Assembly: GCA_012295275.1 (NCBI GenBank)
Contig: CM022672.1
Location: 2,108,001-2,172,000, forward strand
Reading direction: 5' to 3'
Source: Chrysomallon squamiferum
Taxonomy: Eukaryota > Animalia > Mollusca
Length of the DNA: 64,000 bases
The translations under genes and the position numbers were made by a program. Positions 14,115-25,703 of the stretch are shown here, piece after piece (the first letter of the stretch is position 1; every line of letters starts with the position of its first letter). The notes under the pieces were generated by a model. The model was not told the origin of the DNA. It saw nothing but the letters and a program-made list of their open reading frames with translations, and searched no databases.

Positions 14115-14287
14115 AATGCTGGTAGAAAGTATAAACTTATCACAGTGGAGGTTAAGAAAGAAATAATTGCAAAACATGAGAGTGGTGTTCTTGCGTCTGA
14201 CATCACATTTTTATTGTATAATGTACAATTTGGTTTACAAACTGAGTTCTGGAATGAATTCAGTTTGTAACCCGAGGTTCCACTGTA
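14115..14287 (+). mobile_element. Internally deleted Tigger/pogo (Tc1/mariner superfamily) DNA transposon relic
   Basis: 14124-14204 encodes RKYKLITVEVKKEIIAKHESGVLASDI, matching the CENP-B-type N-terminal HTH of Tigger transposases; right end GTTTGTAACCCGAGGTTCCACTG then TA (reverse complement TA-CAGTGGAACCTCGGG), a Tigger-type TIR and target dinucleotide; left TIR not found. Confidence 0.8.
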
Positions 14288-14977
14288 CATGTATATATAT
14301 GTATATGTATATATTTCTCCTATGCTTTATGTTGTAATGCTGGTATTAGTAAGGAAATATATGACCATCTGCAGCCTGACATCACACTACATTACAATAA
14401 TTTTATTTTATTTTCATTTTGTTGTTGTGTATGTTTTGTTAATGACTTAGAAATAAGTGCAGTGAATATAACTGTTAAACAAAGTATGATTCTTATATGG
14501 TCCACAAGCTGACCCACCTAAGAAATAGACCCACCCACCCCTCCCTTCAAATCATTTGGGCAAATAAATGATAGCACAGTTTGAAAGTATTCCTGGTATG
14601 ATGCTCAAATTTAATTCACCATCAAACCTTCTAAATACTCCAGGTGCAAATTTTTTTATTTTCTAGGCCTCTTTTGAATGTCAGCTTCTGGACTTTTTGT
14701 TTTGAAAATTGAAGAAAGAAGATAATGAACCTACAATTATAAAATTATCTTTTATTGAACATGAACCAACCTGCTGCTAAAGCCATTGTTTTTACTGAAA
14801 TTACTTTAACTTTTTCTTTCATTTTGTTTTTTTGTTTTACAAACAAATTATCTTGTATCTGATTTCCTTTTCTGTTATTATCTCTTTTTCTTTTCTTAAT
14901 TTATCTTTGAAAATACTTTTTTAATTTTTGGGGAAAATTGATAAAATCTCTGATTGCACCTGTGTTTAAATACTTAC

Positions 14978-15068
14978 TTTTGCTTTCATCCTTTGAGGGA
15001 TTCTTCAGATCATTTCTAATCTGCACACTTTGAATTAGTTTTTCCTTCTGCCATTGCCTTATCTCAAA
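14978..15068 (-). CDS. Candidate internal coding exon (91 nt, phase 0 to 1), FEIRQWQKEKLIQSVQIRNDLKNPSKDESK; protein not recognised
   Basis: Minus-strand acceptor CCCTTCTTTATCTCCTACAG, donor AAA|GTAAGT, open frame, purine-rich. Confidence 0.3.
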
Positions 15069-15258
15069 CTGTAGGAGATAAAGAAGGGATATAAAAATAA
15101 AAATAAAGAGCTGTGATTTTGGTTAGTGTACCTAGATGTATGAAAGAGCTACTTACTGAAATAGCAGTGTCGTGCAATCCTAGAAAAATGTATTAAAAAA
15201 ATATATATTAAGTTGGTACTAAGAGAAAGGAAAAATATTTAGAATAAATTTAAATTTA

Positions 15259-15298
<40 letters not shown>

Positions 15299-15587
15299 GT
15301 AGCAATAATTCTTGTAAAGTAAAATGAAAAATAGAAGAAATAATGAAAGAAAGAAAAAGAAGAAAAAAAAAAAAGGAGGAACGGAAGAAGAAAAATGTAG
15401 GAAATTAGAAGGAAAAAAGAATGAAATAAGAAAATACAGAAATTGGAAAGAACAAATTAAAAACTGAAAATAAAGGAGAAAACAAAATAAAAGAGAAAAA
15501 TATAAAAAAAAAAAAAAAAAAAACCCAACTATTTAAAGAAGTATAAAAAGATAAAATTTGGTAGAAATAACAGGAAATTATTCTGTG

Positions 15588-15623
<36 letters not shown>

Positions 15624-17302
15624 CAGCAAAGAAAAAAAATGTGTAACATGTAACATTTCCCGTGTAGAAAAAAAAAAAAAAATAACATATAACATATTTT
15701 TTATTAAATATAAAATACAATGCTGTGAGCATTTTATTTAACGTTAGAAATCTCATACACAGCTGATAAAATCCCATGCAATGGACAGTTTCTTTCTGTA
15801 CATATTGATTTTTTTTAAAAGCATGTTAAGATTTGGTCACCAGTGTTGATAGGCAGTGTGTTTTTCCTCTTATGTGAAAAAGAAAATTTGTACAGAGTGC
15901 AAGATACACTCCAGTTTTATGTTGGTAGTTAAGGTAACAAAACTTTTAGATGAATTATGTTAGATGTATCATTATTAACAACTTAGATTTTTTGCCACAT
16001 TTTATTGCTTTCCCATCTTCTGTTTGTTCTGGGTTTTTTTTAAAAACCTAAATTAAATTGTATTTTCCTGTAGTTACCACTGTAAAGGCTACTTTCAGAA
16101 AAGGTTCTGTCTGAAAGTTGGCGAGTTATGTTACATGTTAGTGTCAAAGAATGGATGAGATGTGTAAAAGCGATGGAGCAAATGGAAGTTTGGATTTTGT
16201 AAGACTTGGAAATGTGAAATATGTCAGTTTGAAATGTGAAGAAAATGCACAGTTAATTTCATTTGCCTTTCACGAAATCTCACTATATCCTGACATGCCT
16301 TACCTCACTGAGAGGTGTTTAGTGGAAGAAATTACTTCTCAGTAGTTTTGTTTCCTAGACTGAACCTTGAAATTACTGAATATGAATTTGAAATGTGTTG
16401 TGGTTGTGTATATATGTGTGTGTGTGTGTGTGTGTTAGAATTTGAAATATAGTCACACTTACATATAAAAACTGTATATCTGTTTTTTCAAGATATGTTG
16501 AAACATATAAATAATTTTTTTTTAAATTTTATAAATGAGTTTTGAGTCACGAAACAAATTGTTAAATATTAACAACTGTTTAATGTATAGCAAATTTAAA
16601 GTTTTTAACTAAAACACTAAAACACATGTAAGAACAGGAGTTTGATATATAGTAAAACGTGTGTAAACTATATATCAGGTGGAAATATAATAAGACTAAA
16701 AAAAATGTTAAGTGTATGTGTGTGTATTTGAAAAATATTAATACAGATATATGTTTAAAGTAAATAAAATGTATGAATGAAAAATTTATGTATAGATTTG
16801 AAATATGTTTAAAAACACTGTGTTGAATGTAACTTAAAGGTAGGTGCACCTTTCTGTTATGGTAAAGTTTAGACGTATACCATCAAAGTGTATACTCAGC
16901 TGTATCAAAACTCCTGTCAGAATGAGGAAAATTCTATTTTGCAATGATTTACTCACCCTGACATGTTTTTTTCTACTTTCTTTTATTTATGCATTAATAT
17001 AACAATAAACGAAAACCTCTCAGGCTCTATGTATCTTAAAAGATGCGTTTGTTTTTATACTTTATTATTAGTAAAGACTGATCATCACAAATAAATAGAA
17101 TAATAAGTTGAATTTATTCTTAAGCTTTACAAGTTTACATTCTAAGTACACTTTAAAGATAATAAAAATAATAGAAACAATAACAACAAGAATATTTGTT
17201 AATTCACTGATCAGTTATATTCTTGACAAATGCTCTGCAAGTGGACTGTTATGGACTAGGATACTGTTTCACTTTAATGTAGCTATCCACCCAGCTCTAC
17301 AC

Positions 17303-17651
17303 CTGAGCTCTACTTCTTTCCAGTAAGGAATGACTCAATGATCCATCCTGCTGTAAGCAAATTCTATAACTCTGAGCTCTACTTCTTTCCAGTAAGGAAT
17401 GACTCAATGATCCATCCTGTAGTAAGCAAATTCTATAACTCTGAGCTCCACTTCTTTCCAGTAAGAAATGACTCAATGATCCATCATGCTGTAAGTAAAT
17501 TCTATAACTCTGAGCTCTACTTCTTTCCAGTAAGGAATGACTCAGTGATCCATTGTGCTTTAAGCAACTACTCTACCCATAAGCTTTACTTCTTTCCAAT
17601 AAAGATTGATTCAGTAATTCATTTCACTGCAGACAAATGCTCTACCATTGA
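17303..17651. repeat. 69-bp minisatellite, 4 near-identical copies plus 1 decayed copy
   Basis: CTGAGCTC anchor at 17303, 17372, 17441, 17510; decayed fifth unit from 17579. Confidence 0.95.
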
Positions 17652-17731
17652 CCAGTAATCCACTATGTACGGAATTGATCTAAGCATGCTACCATTCAGT
17701 TTCACTGCATAATCTAACTTATCTTCTGTCT

Positions 17732-17738
<7 letters not shown>

Positions 17739-17823
<85 letters not shown>

Positions 17824-17844
17824 CTATTTCTCTCTCTCTCTCTC
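17739..17844. repeat. (CT)n microsatellite
   Basis: Direct reading. Confidence 0.95.
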
Positions 17845-18676
17845 TGTCTTCTTCATAATGATACAGCATATTAAATTTATTACATATGAGCATTTATGAA
17901 ACAATGACATGGTTATGTTGATGTTGCTTGTTTCAAATAAAAATTATCATGAACAGTTTTTGCCTTCAAGTAATGAAACACCTTTTCTGTGTTTATTGAG
18001 ATATCAATGTAATAATTATGTAACATGGTTATATGAAAATTTATGGCTTTAGACTGTGGAAAGACACAAAAAATGTTTCAGAAATATTTTTTTTTTCTTT
18101 CACCATACCATAATAAATCTTATTTGTTAGTTACATGTTAATTGAAATGGAAAGGTATGTGGGTATAATTATATTAAATACGGAATTATTTAAAGGTTAT
18201 TCTGGAATGGAAGAAATGTTAAGATTTACATAATTGTACGTGCAAGAAATTATTTTCATTTCCTTCTCTAAATATTGTCATTAATGGGGGTTTTTAAATA
18301 AATATTTTCATTTAATTTTTGAAATAAACATTTTCATATTATTTGCATTTAATAATTTTAGTTTAAATATTTTCATTCTTTTTAAAAAACTAACAAATGA
18401 AAAAAAAAAAATCAATATTTTTATTTAATTTTAGAACCTATCTGCTATAGGCATTTTGTTTTTGCAGTCATATTTTAAAATTTTTATTTAAAAAAAATTG
18501 AATAAGGGTATGATCTTTTGTGACATTATTGTTCATGATGCATATGTCAAGTTATCAAAGTATATTAAGATCAAACTGACAATTAGAACTGTAACTAGAT
18601 GTAAAAAACTGAATGTGCAAAAAAACAGCTAATCTCTGTCTATGTTTATATAACATCAAAAGACTGTGCTGAATCC

Positions 18677-18712
18677 AAAAAAAAAAATAAAAATAAAAAA
18701 ATAAAAATAAAA

Positions 18713-18773
<61 letters not shown>

Positions 18774-18970
18774 TAATAATAACAATATTAATAATGATAC
18801 TGATAATAATAATAATAATAATAATAATAACATCATCTACATAATAATAGCAATAATAATAATAATAGTATTGGTAATAACATTGATAGTATAATATTAA
18901 TAAGAAGAAGAAGAAGAAGAAGAGAAAAAAAGAGTAAAAAAAAAAAGAAAAAAAAAAAAAAAAGAAGGAA
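18677..18970. repeat. A-rich/(TAA)n/(GAA)n low-complexity tract
   Basis: Direct reading. Confidence 0.9.
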
Positions 18971-19219
18971 AATAATAATGTGAAGAAAACGGATTCAAAT
19001 TTTGCTCGAAGACATGGATTCTTGTGAAATTCTATCCATTTTGTACAGGCAAGACTGATCTTTTCCCAACCAAATGTGAGAAGTTGTTAGAATAGTTGGA
19101 TTACTTTTGTAAAAACCCATTGTTACTTGAGAATATGTCGTGTATGAGAAGTAATGCTGTTATTGATCTCTTTACACTCAGACATTCACATTTACGGTTT
19201 TCATCTGTACTTTTCACAG

Positions 19220-19744
19220 GATCAGCAGTCCAAGCTCATATTCGTCACCTCTGGAATTACACCACTGAAGAGAAGCCTGGAAACAGAACGATGAGGTTGA
19301 TGTTGCTGTCAGCAAGACTGCCCCTTTAACTCTGCCGTCACCAATCAAGCTGGGACACATCAGAACCGTTTGGTCAATACGGCAGTTCTGTCCTTCTCTC
19401 AGTGCTGCACATACTTTTATACGACCAAAGGAATACTCTGAATACTGCAGTCGTATTGGCTGCTCGGGATACAATGGGAATATCTGATTGGATAAAAAAA
19501 TACAAAGAAGGATGTGGCTTGAATTTTTGTGAATAATGGGAAGATGGAGGATGTGGAGTCTGCATGCATCAACTTGACTGATGTTAATTCTCTCGAGGTA
19601 TCCAATTCACCTGTTGTTTTTTGTCACAATTGTGTCAGGAAGAATTAAACTTTGGTATTAATTGAAAAATTTCCTTGTCTTCAAAATTGCTGTTGATTTC
19701 AATTCTACTGGTTTGTTCCTGTTAGCTGAGGTTTTTCGTCAGAA

Positions 19745-19786
<42 letters not shown>

Positions 19787-19851
19787 AACACAAGAAAGAG
19801 AAGAAGAAAAATATATCATTTGTGTGATTCGTGTTATTCTGAAAGGTAAGA
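19220..19851 (+). promoter_or_regulatory. CpG-retaining unique island; candidate promoter or non-coding exon
   Basis: 9 CpG in 19220-19600; CCAAT at 19341 and ATTGG at 19455 and 19487; acceptor TGTACTTTTCACAG|G at 19219/19220; donor AAG|GTAAGA at 19845/19846; all three + frames close early. Confidence 0.35.
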
Positions 19852-20743
19852 TTAAACTTTTATTTTTATTTTATAAGTGAATTTTTATCTTTTGAATTTT
19901 TGTTTGATAGCATTTCTTTTTAATAAGGCATGTTATTTATATTATTTTTTATTTATGCTGCATTTTATAATAATACATATGAAATTTAATAAACCAGTTT
20001 AGTATTTTTAGTGTTAACTTATATGTAATTAGTAAAATAAAACTAAATATAATGTATTGATAGAGATGTGATTTCTCAGGGTATATGTGCACTCGTGTTT
20101 ATTAGTGTGTAATTGAAGATGTATGTAAAACTCAAATATTTAATAAATAATAAGTAGATTCTGGTTAATTTAAATACATAAAAATATTGTATATAAAATT
20201 AATATATCTTAGAAATCTGGATAAGTTGTTATACAGTTAAGGTGTCTTAAACTTATATGCAGATCCTTATGGATATGAAATACATAATAAATTTAAAACT
20301 TTATCTTAGACAATTTAATAAACAATCCTGTGAACAATATTTGGGTTCATTTAATACTTAATATAAAGTTTAATATATTCTTTTACAACAGTTCCAGATC
20401 TCTCCATAATCACAATTATTTCTTAGAAGACATAAAAATATATAAGAAATAATTAGAACTTCTGGTTTGTTTTAACGTAATTCTTAAAGATTTTGTTTAT
20501 CTGTGATCAAAGCTTTTATGAAAATGCACATAAAACTATAAAATAGCACCAAATCCTGCACTGTTATAAGACAGATGAAAAACCTTTATAAAAAAAATAA
20601 AAAAAACAAATTTAAAAATTAATAATAAAAATAAAAATCTACAACCTTTTACTATTAAGAAATAAAATTTTCAAACACACCTTTTCATAGACACATTAAT
20701 AACATACACAGAATGACTTTTGATGAGGAGCACTGGTCAGATT

Positions 20744-20760
20744 GGGATGTAGCTCAGTAA
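20744..20760 (+). mobile_element. tRNA-derived SINE head fragment (A-box)
   Basis: GGGATGTAGCTCAGT with no downstream cloverleaf. Confidence 0.45.
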
Positions 20761-21974
20761 GGGCACCAGTGACAGATGATCCTGTGATCCTTTCATGCCA
20801 TGTACAAATTCTATCTCAGTTAATCTTCAGCCCACTCAGTATTACATAAGTACGTCAGGCTTACATATTGGAATTCCCTTGACAGAAGATGGGAGAAGAT
20901 TGCATGGAAATTGGAAGTGGCCCCAGGGTCAAAGGTGTGTTTCTTCACTGACACCAGCCATATTGCCTAGCACTTGAAGAAAACTCTCTGCAGTGTTTGC
21001 AAGTGGCTGGTGACGTTCAAATCACCAGTCTGTTTCAGATTATTCTTCTGACTTGAATTCACTTCTCTTCACTCATGTGTGATGAGAGAAAGAAGAATTT
21101 ATTCTGATGTTGGAGATTGGATGATAAAAATGTTCAGATTCTTATTCTTCTTTGTTCTTGCTTTTTTTTTTTTTTTTTTTTTTTGTTTCCTCAAGTATAG
21201 CAAGTTCAAATGAAAAGCTACTTTCATTAACTTATCCTTAGTATTCATCTATAATTATTTTTAATATATATATTTTAATTTGTATGTAATTTTAATTATA
21301 TTTTAAAATTCAAACTTTTCAATACTTTTTTAAAAGATTATATCAAAGCATTTGGATAATTATTATTATCATCATCATCATCATCATCATCATTATCATT
21401 ATCATTATAATTATTATTACTATTATTATTATTATTATTATTATTTTGTTTCATCTTTTTCTTAGAAGAAATACACTATATAATTTGATTTTAATTTAAA
21501 CATTTGACAGTGTTAAAAATACATTCCAATTACTCTAATTTATTTTCTTGCTTGTAAGTTGTAAATTAGTCTCTTTTTTCTTTCTTTTTTATATCATAAA
21601 TTTGTGTTGTTGCTGGATTTGTTGCAAGTTTCTGACAAAAGATATTACCTATTTTTTTTTTTAATAAAAAATAATAATTTTGTTGCACATGTTTGAAAGA
21701 TCTTGTTATAGTTATGATCATATTTACTGTTTCGCTGTCACTTCAATTTGTAACTGATAAAACATCTTAACACCTACTGGTAATATTCTCAAAAGATCTC
21801 AACAATTTACTGATATGTCTCAACTTTCCTTTTTCCCTTGTTAGCAGACCATTTATATTTTACATGTCATCCAATAGTCTAACATACTTTATCATGTGAT
21901 GTAAATCCTAATTTAGGAGATGATGTTGTAATAGAGAGGAATCAGGAAAGATACACACTGGCTCCAGTTAGTCT

Positions 21975-22120
21975 TGGTGTTGTAATGGTTAAATCACTGG
22001 CTTTACAATTGGTATGTGCTGGGATCAAATATGACTATTTCTGTACAAATCTAATTGGGAGATATAAAATTACCGCAGTGTCTTCTTTCTACCAGTCTTC
22101 TGAAACACTTTAACACAGTC
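21975..22120 (+). mobile_element. SINE family B relic with tRNA-like head
   Basis: GGTGTTGTAATGGTTAAATCACTGG...TGGTATGTGCTGGGATCAAAT: decayed A-box and B-box. Confidence 0.45.
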
Positions 22121-22303
22121 TGATGTTGTTGTTAAAGAAATTCTATTGCCATAACTATCTAGCATTACTATAAAATATATCTAGCATGTGCATTGGCTTC
22201 ACTAGGTAAAGCTTTGCACAGTGGCTAGACTTTTATCATAGACATTCTAATATACAGGATGACTAACAAATGCAGTGGTTTCACTAGACCTTTGTGCTTC
22301 TGG

Positions 22304-22334
<31 letters not shown>

Positions 22335-22423
22335 ATATCTATATTATGCCTGGTGTATGTGTAATTTTAAAATTAATATACTCATAAAGTTTTAAAATTA
22401 ATCAAAATTATATATTCAATATA

Positions 22424-22512
22424 TTACTACTACTACTACTACTTTTGCTGCTACTACTATTACAACTACTACCACTTCCACTACTACTACTACTACTACT
22501 AATAATAATAAT
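22424..22512. repeat. Degenerate (TAC)n/(TAA)n microsatellite
   Basis: Direct reading. Confidence 0.9.
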
Positions 22513-24559
22513 CAGGATAACAGTGATGACAGTGATAATTACTGCTGGGACTTTGACTGAAAAGTGATACAGAGAAACATTTAAAAACAAAATCAACAGA
22601 AGACTTGAAAAATGATGTTTTTATGCTAAATGCACGTAAATTAACAAACACTAACAACAATGCATTACTGTCTGAATTCTCCAGTGACATTGTGTTCAGC
22701 AAATCATGTAATAAAATGTTTACAAAAGATAAAATAATAACTGGAGTAAATGACTAAGTAAATATGTTTAAAAAATAAGCTGGAAATTCAGATCAAATAT
22801 ATTTGTGATTGGTAAACATATCAAAAAAACAAACAAAAAAAACTATCAGTAAATGAGTGTATAATTGATTGCTGGTATTTTGTTTAGTAAATCATAATAA
22901 ATTAATATTTATTAGTTTTAATTCATTGCTGGGATTTTATTTATTAAGTAACAATAACATTTTTTTTTTTTTAAAAGGAAAAAATGGAAATTGGAGAAAA
23001 TGTAAACAATAGAAATATAATTTAATTTCTTTTTGATTTCATTACGAACAATGTTTTTCTCATATGTGACAAATTATATTAAAACATGAAATGATTTTTT
23101 GTGATTAGTGAACTGTAGAATGTATACTTGATTTAATTAACGTTTGATATTTTGTATTACAAAACAAAATATTTTTAAAAAGATGTAAAAATAATTGAAG
23201 TAAATGATTCAATAATAACTCATTTTCAGATTGATTTAATAAATTTCCCTCTTTCTTTTTTCTTTTAAAAAAAAAAAAAATAAAAAGATAACTGGGTCAA
23301 TGAGAAAATAATAATCAGAAAAGGATGAAAATGGAGGACAATGTTTCTGTGATTAATAAATATAATGAAGTCCACAAACATACAACTGCTGTTGCTGTTT
23401 TTATTTTTGTTTTGTTCATTAAGTGATATAATAGAATATTTTTTAAAAAGATGCAAAGGCAACTAATTGGAAGCTGTAATGCTTATTGTTACTAAATATC
23501 AAAAAGAGAACAAAGATAAAATAATACATTTTTGTTTAAATTTAGTTTTAGCATTTTGTCTGGTGTGTGAGATAAGGAAACCATTTTAAATAAAATACTG
23601 TAAGAACTGGAAGTAAGCCATAGAGACTGGAGGTAGACCATGTCAGAACAAACAGCATTCTGAGGGCAGAGACAACAGATGTCAATACTGATAATGACTG
23701 TCTGTTGTTTAAAAACTATTATCATTTGTAGGTAGGCTATTTAAGAATGGAAACATTAGAAACCTGAATCTGACTTAATGCAGTTAGACACAGTTAATAA
23801 CTAAGTAAATATTTACTATCGTTAGTACAACAATACGTATGTTTGAAATACTGACAAGCTTAATAGCCTGCTTAATTAAATGTAAATAAAAGAGAATCTC
23901 ATAATTAGATGTGAATTATTTGTGTTACTGAATAACTGAATTATACATAAACACTGTATCACACAATTTGTTTATAAATGAAGATGTTATCTTCAGAGTT
24001 ATGATTTATGATATTTGTGTATTTATTTTATGACTGATATTTATGAATAACATAAAAATGTTTGGTGTATTAAAATATATAAATGTTGAATATCGTTTTG
24101 GTAAAATTCCAAAAATATATTCTTATTACTTTTGTTGACAATCAGAATGGAAAAAAAACCCCAAAACTATTAAAAAAAAACACCTAATAAATGAAGAAGT
24201 CTTTAAAACAACAAAAGCAAATAAAAGACAGACAGAAAACCAAATACTACAGTGACTCCCACATCAATGGAAGCAAAATAAATTCAAACAAAAATAAAAC
24301 TAGCATCTATTTCTGTGCTGAACTCTCAATAAATCAGTCACAGATAATAGATCAGTCAATAACTTTCTTTTTTCCATCATGAAAACCAACTTGCACCTCG
24401 CAATCTCTGTTTCTCCACGTTTGTGTTTATCAGTTAGCCTTCTGAACGCAAACTGACTGAGCGTCTCCTGGTTGAACATCTCCTGCTGTACATCGCTGCT
24501 ATGCATTACTCCTCTCCGAAGACAACAAAAGTGTTAATTAACAAGCTGTGATTGCTCAC

Positions 24560-24722
24560 TTGTACATCCCAAGGTGCTGAGCCCCATGGAAACAAATCAC
24601 TCTGATTGTAATTGAATGTGACAGTCATCATATTTGTCTTGTTGGAACATGGCTGCCTGTGTCCTCTGGGGCTTCCAGGCAGACCTGTTAGCACCAGCGA
24701 GCTTCGTCGCAGTCTCTCCTTG
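24560..24722 (-). CDS. Candidate internal coding exon (163 nt, phase 2 to 0), KERLRRSSLVLTGLPGSPRGHRQPCSNK...PWGSAPWDVQ; protein not recognised
   Basis: GC/CpG-elevated; acceptor CTTTATCTTCACCATTAG, donor CAA|GTGAGC; open frame with RRSS and SPR motifs. Confidence 0.25.
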
Positions 24723-24945
24723 CTAATGGTGAAGATAAAGATTTTTATTTTTTATTTTTATAATAATCATATGACACTTGTCAGGTTTGAGAGGTGTGTT
24801 GTAAATTGGTCTACAGAACTCTCTGCCTCAGGTTTCATTAGGTTGCAGGAACCCTTCTCCACGAGCTGCTTTTGTCAAATGTAATTGATGACAGATGTAG
24901 CAGAATTTATATTTTCATGCATACATTTTGTAGTTTGGAATTTAC

Positions 24946-25162
24946 CACACACACACACACACATGCACTACACACACACACACCCTCACACACACACACA
25001 CATATATGTACCAGTTTGTATGTATGTAAGTATGTATATATGTATTATGTGTGTGCATAATGTGTGTGTGTGTGTTTGTGGGTGGGTGTATTTTTGAGTG
25101 TGTGTGTGAGCGTCTATATGCATACATACACATGCATACACCCACATATATACAAACCACAC
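24946..25162. repeat. Degenerate (CA)n-(TG)n-(CA)n compound repeat, self-complementary
   Basis: Direct reading. Confidence 0.85.
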
Positions 25163-25612
25163 TGTATTATATGGATAGCACAATTTAACTTAATGAAAAA
25201 CACTGGGTAATTTCATAACAACCATTTTTATTCAGATGAATTTGATCATCTTTATTACTAATTAATTTATTGTCAGATCTGAAAGATAACATTTTATATG
25301 TATTTCTGTACATTTAAAACAATGATTTTGTTGGGGGTTTTTTTCTTTCTTTTTATTTTATTATACTTGTGATGTGTTGTTCAAATTTTGTTGCTGGCAA
25401 CAGAGTGAAAGCTATGTATTTCATATCATTATTAACTATCACCAAGGGATCTTTTATGTGCATCTGCCTGCAGAAAGGGAAAAAACATAATAAAGTCTTT
25501 GCTAAATTAGCTGTGGAGCAATCATCAGAGCAGCAAATAGCTGAAAAGTTGCTGTGAACAGGACTAATTCCAAAACAAATCTCAGATCACATCCTAGTTG
25601 TCACAGCATATC

Positions 25613-25615
<3 letters not shown>

Positions 25616-25698
<83 letters not shown>
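25616..25698. repeat. (CT)n microsatellite
   Basis: Direct reading. Confidence 0.95.

Positions 25699-25703
<5 letters not shown>

Noticed and set aside
16304-16307. 4-nt minus-strand microexon (CTCTCAG|TGAG|GTAAGG)
   Set aside because: Not frame-preserving, weak branch point; likely chance
16151-16345. 64-aa non-repetitive ORF MDEMCKSDG...
   Set aside because: Short, no recognisable homology or consistent exon boundaries
17338-17658. 106-aa ORF with 23-aa repeats
   Set aside because: Consequence of a 69-bp unit divisible by 3; the unit looks SINE-derived; no homology recognised
20744-20830. tRNA gene
   Set aside because: Only the 5' A-box-like 15 nt are present; no anticodon arm, T arm or acceptor stem
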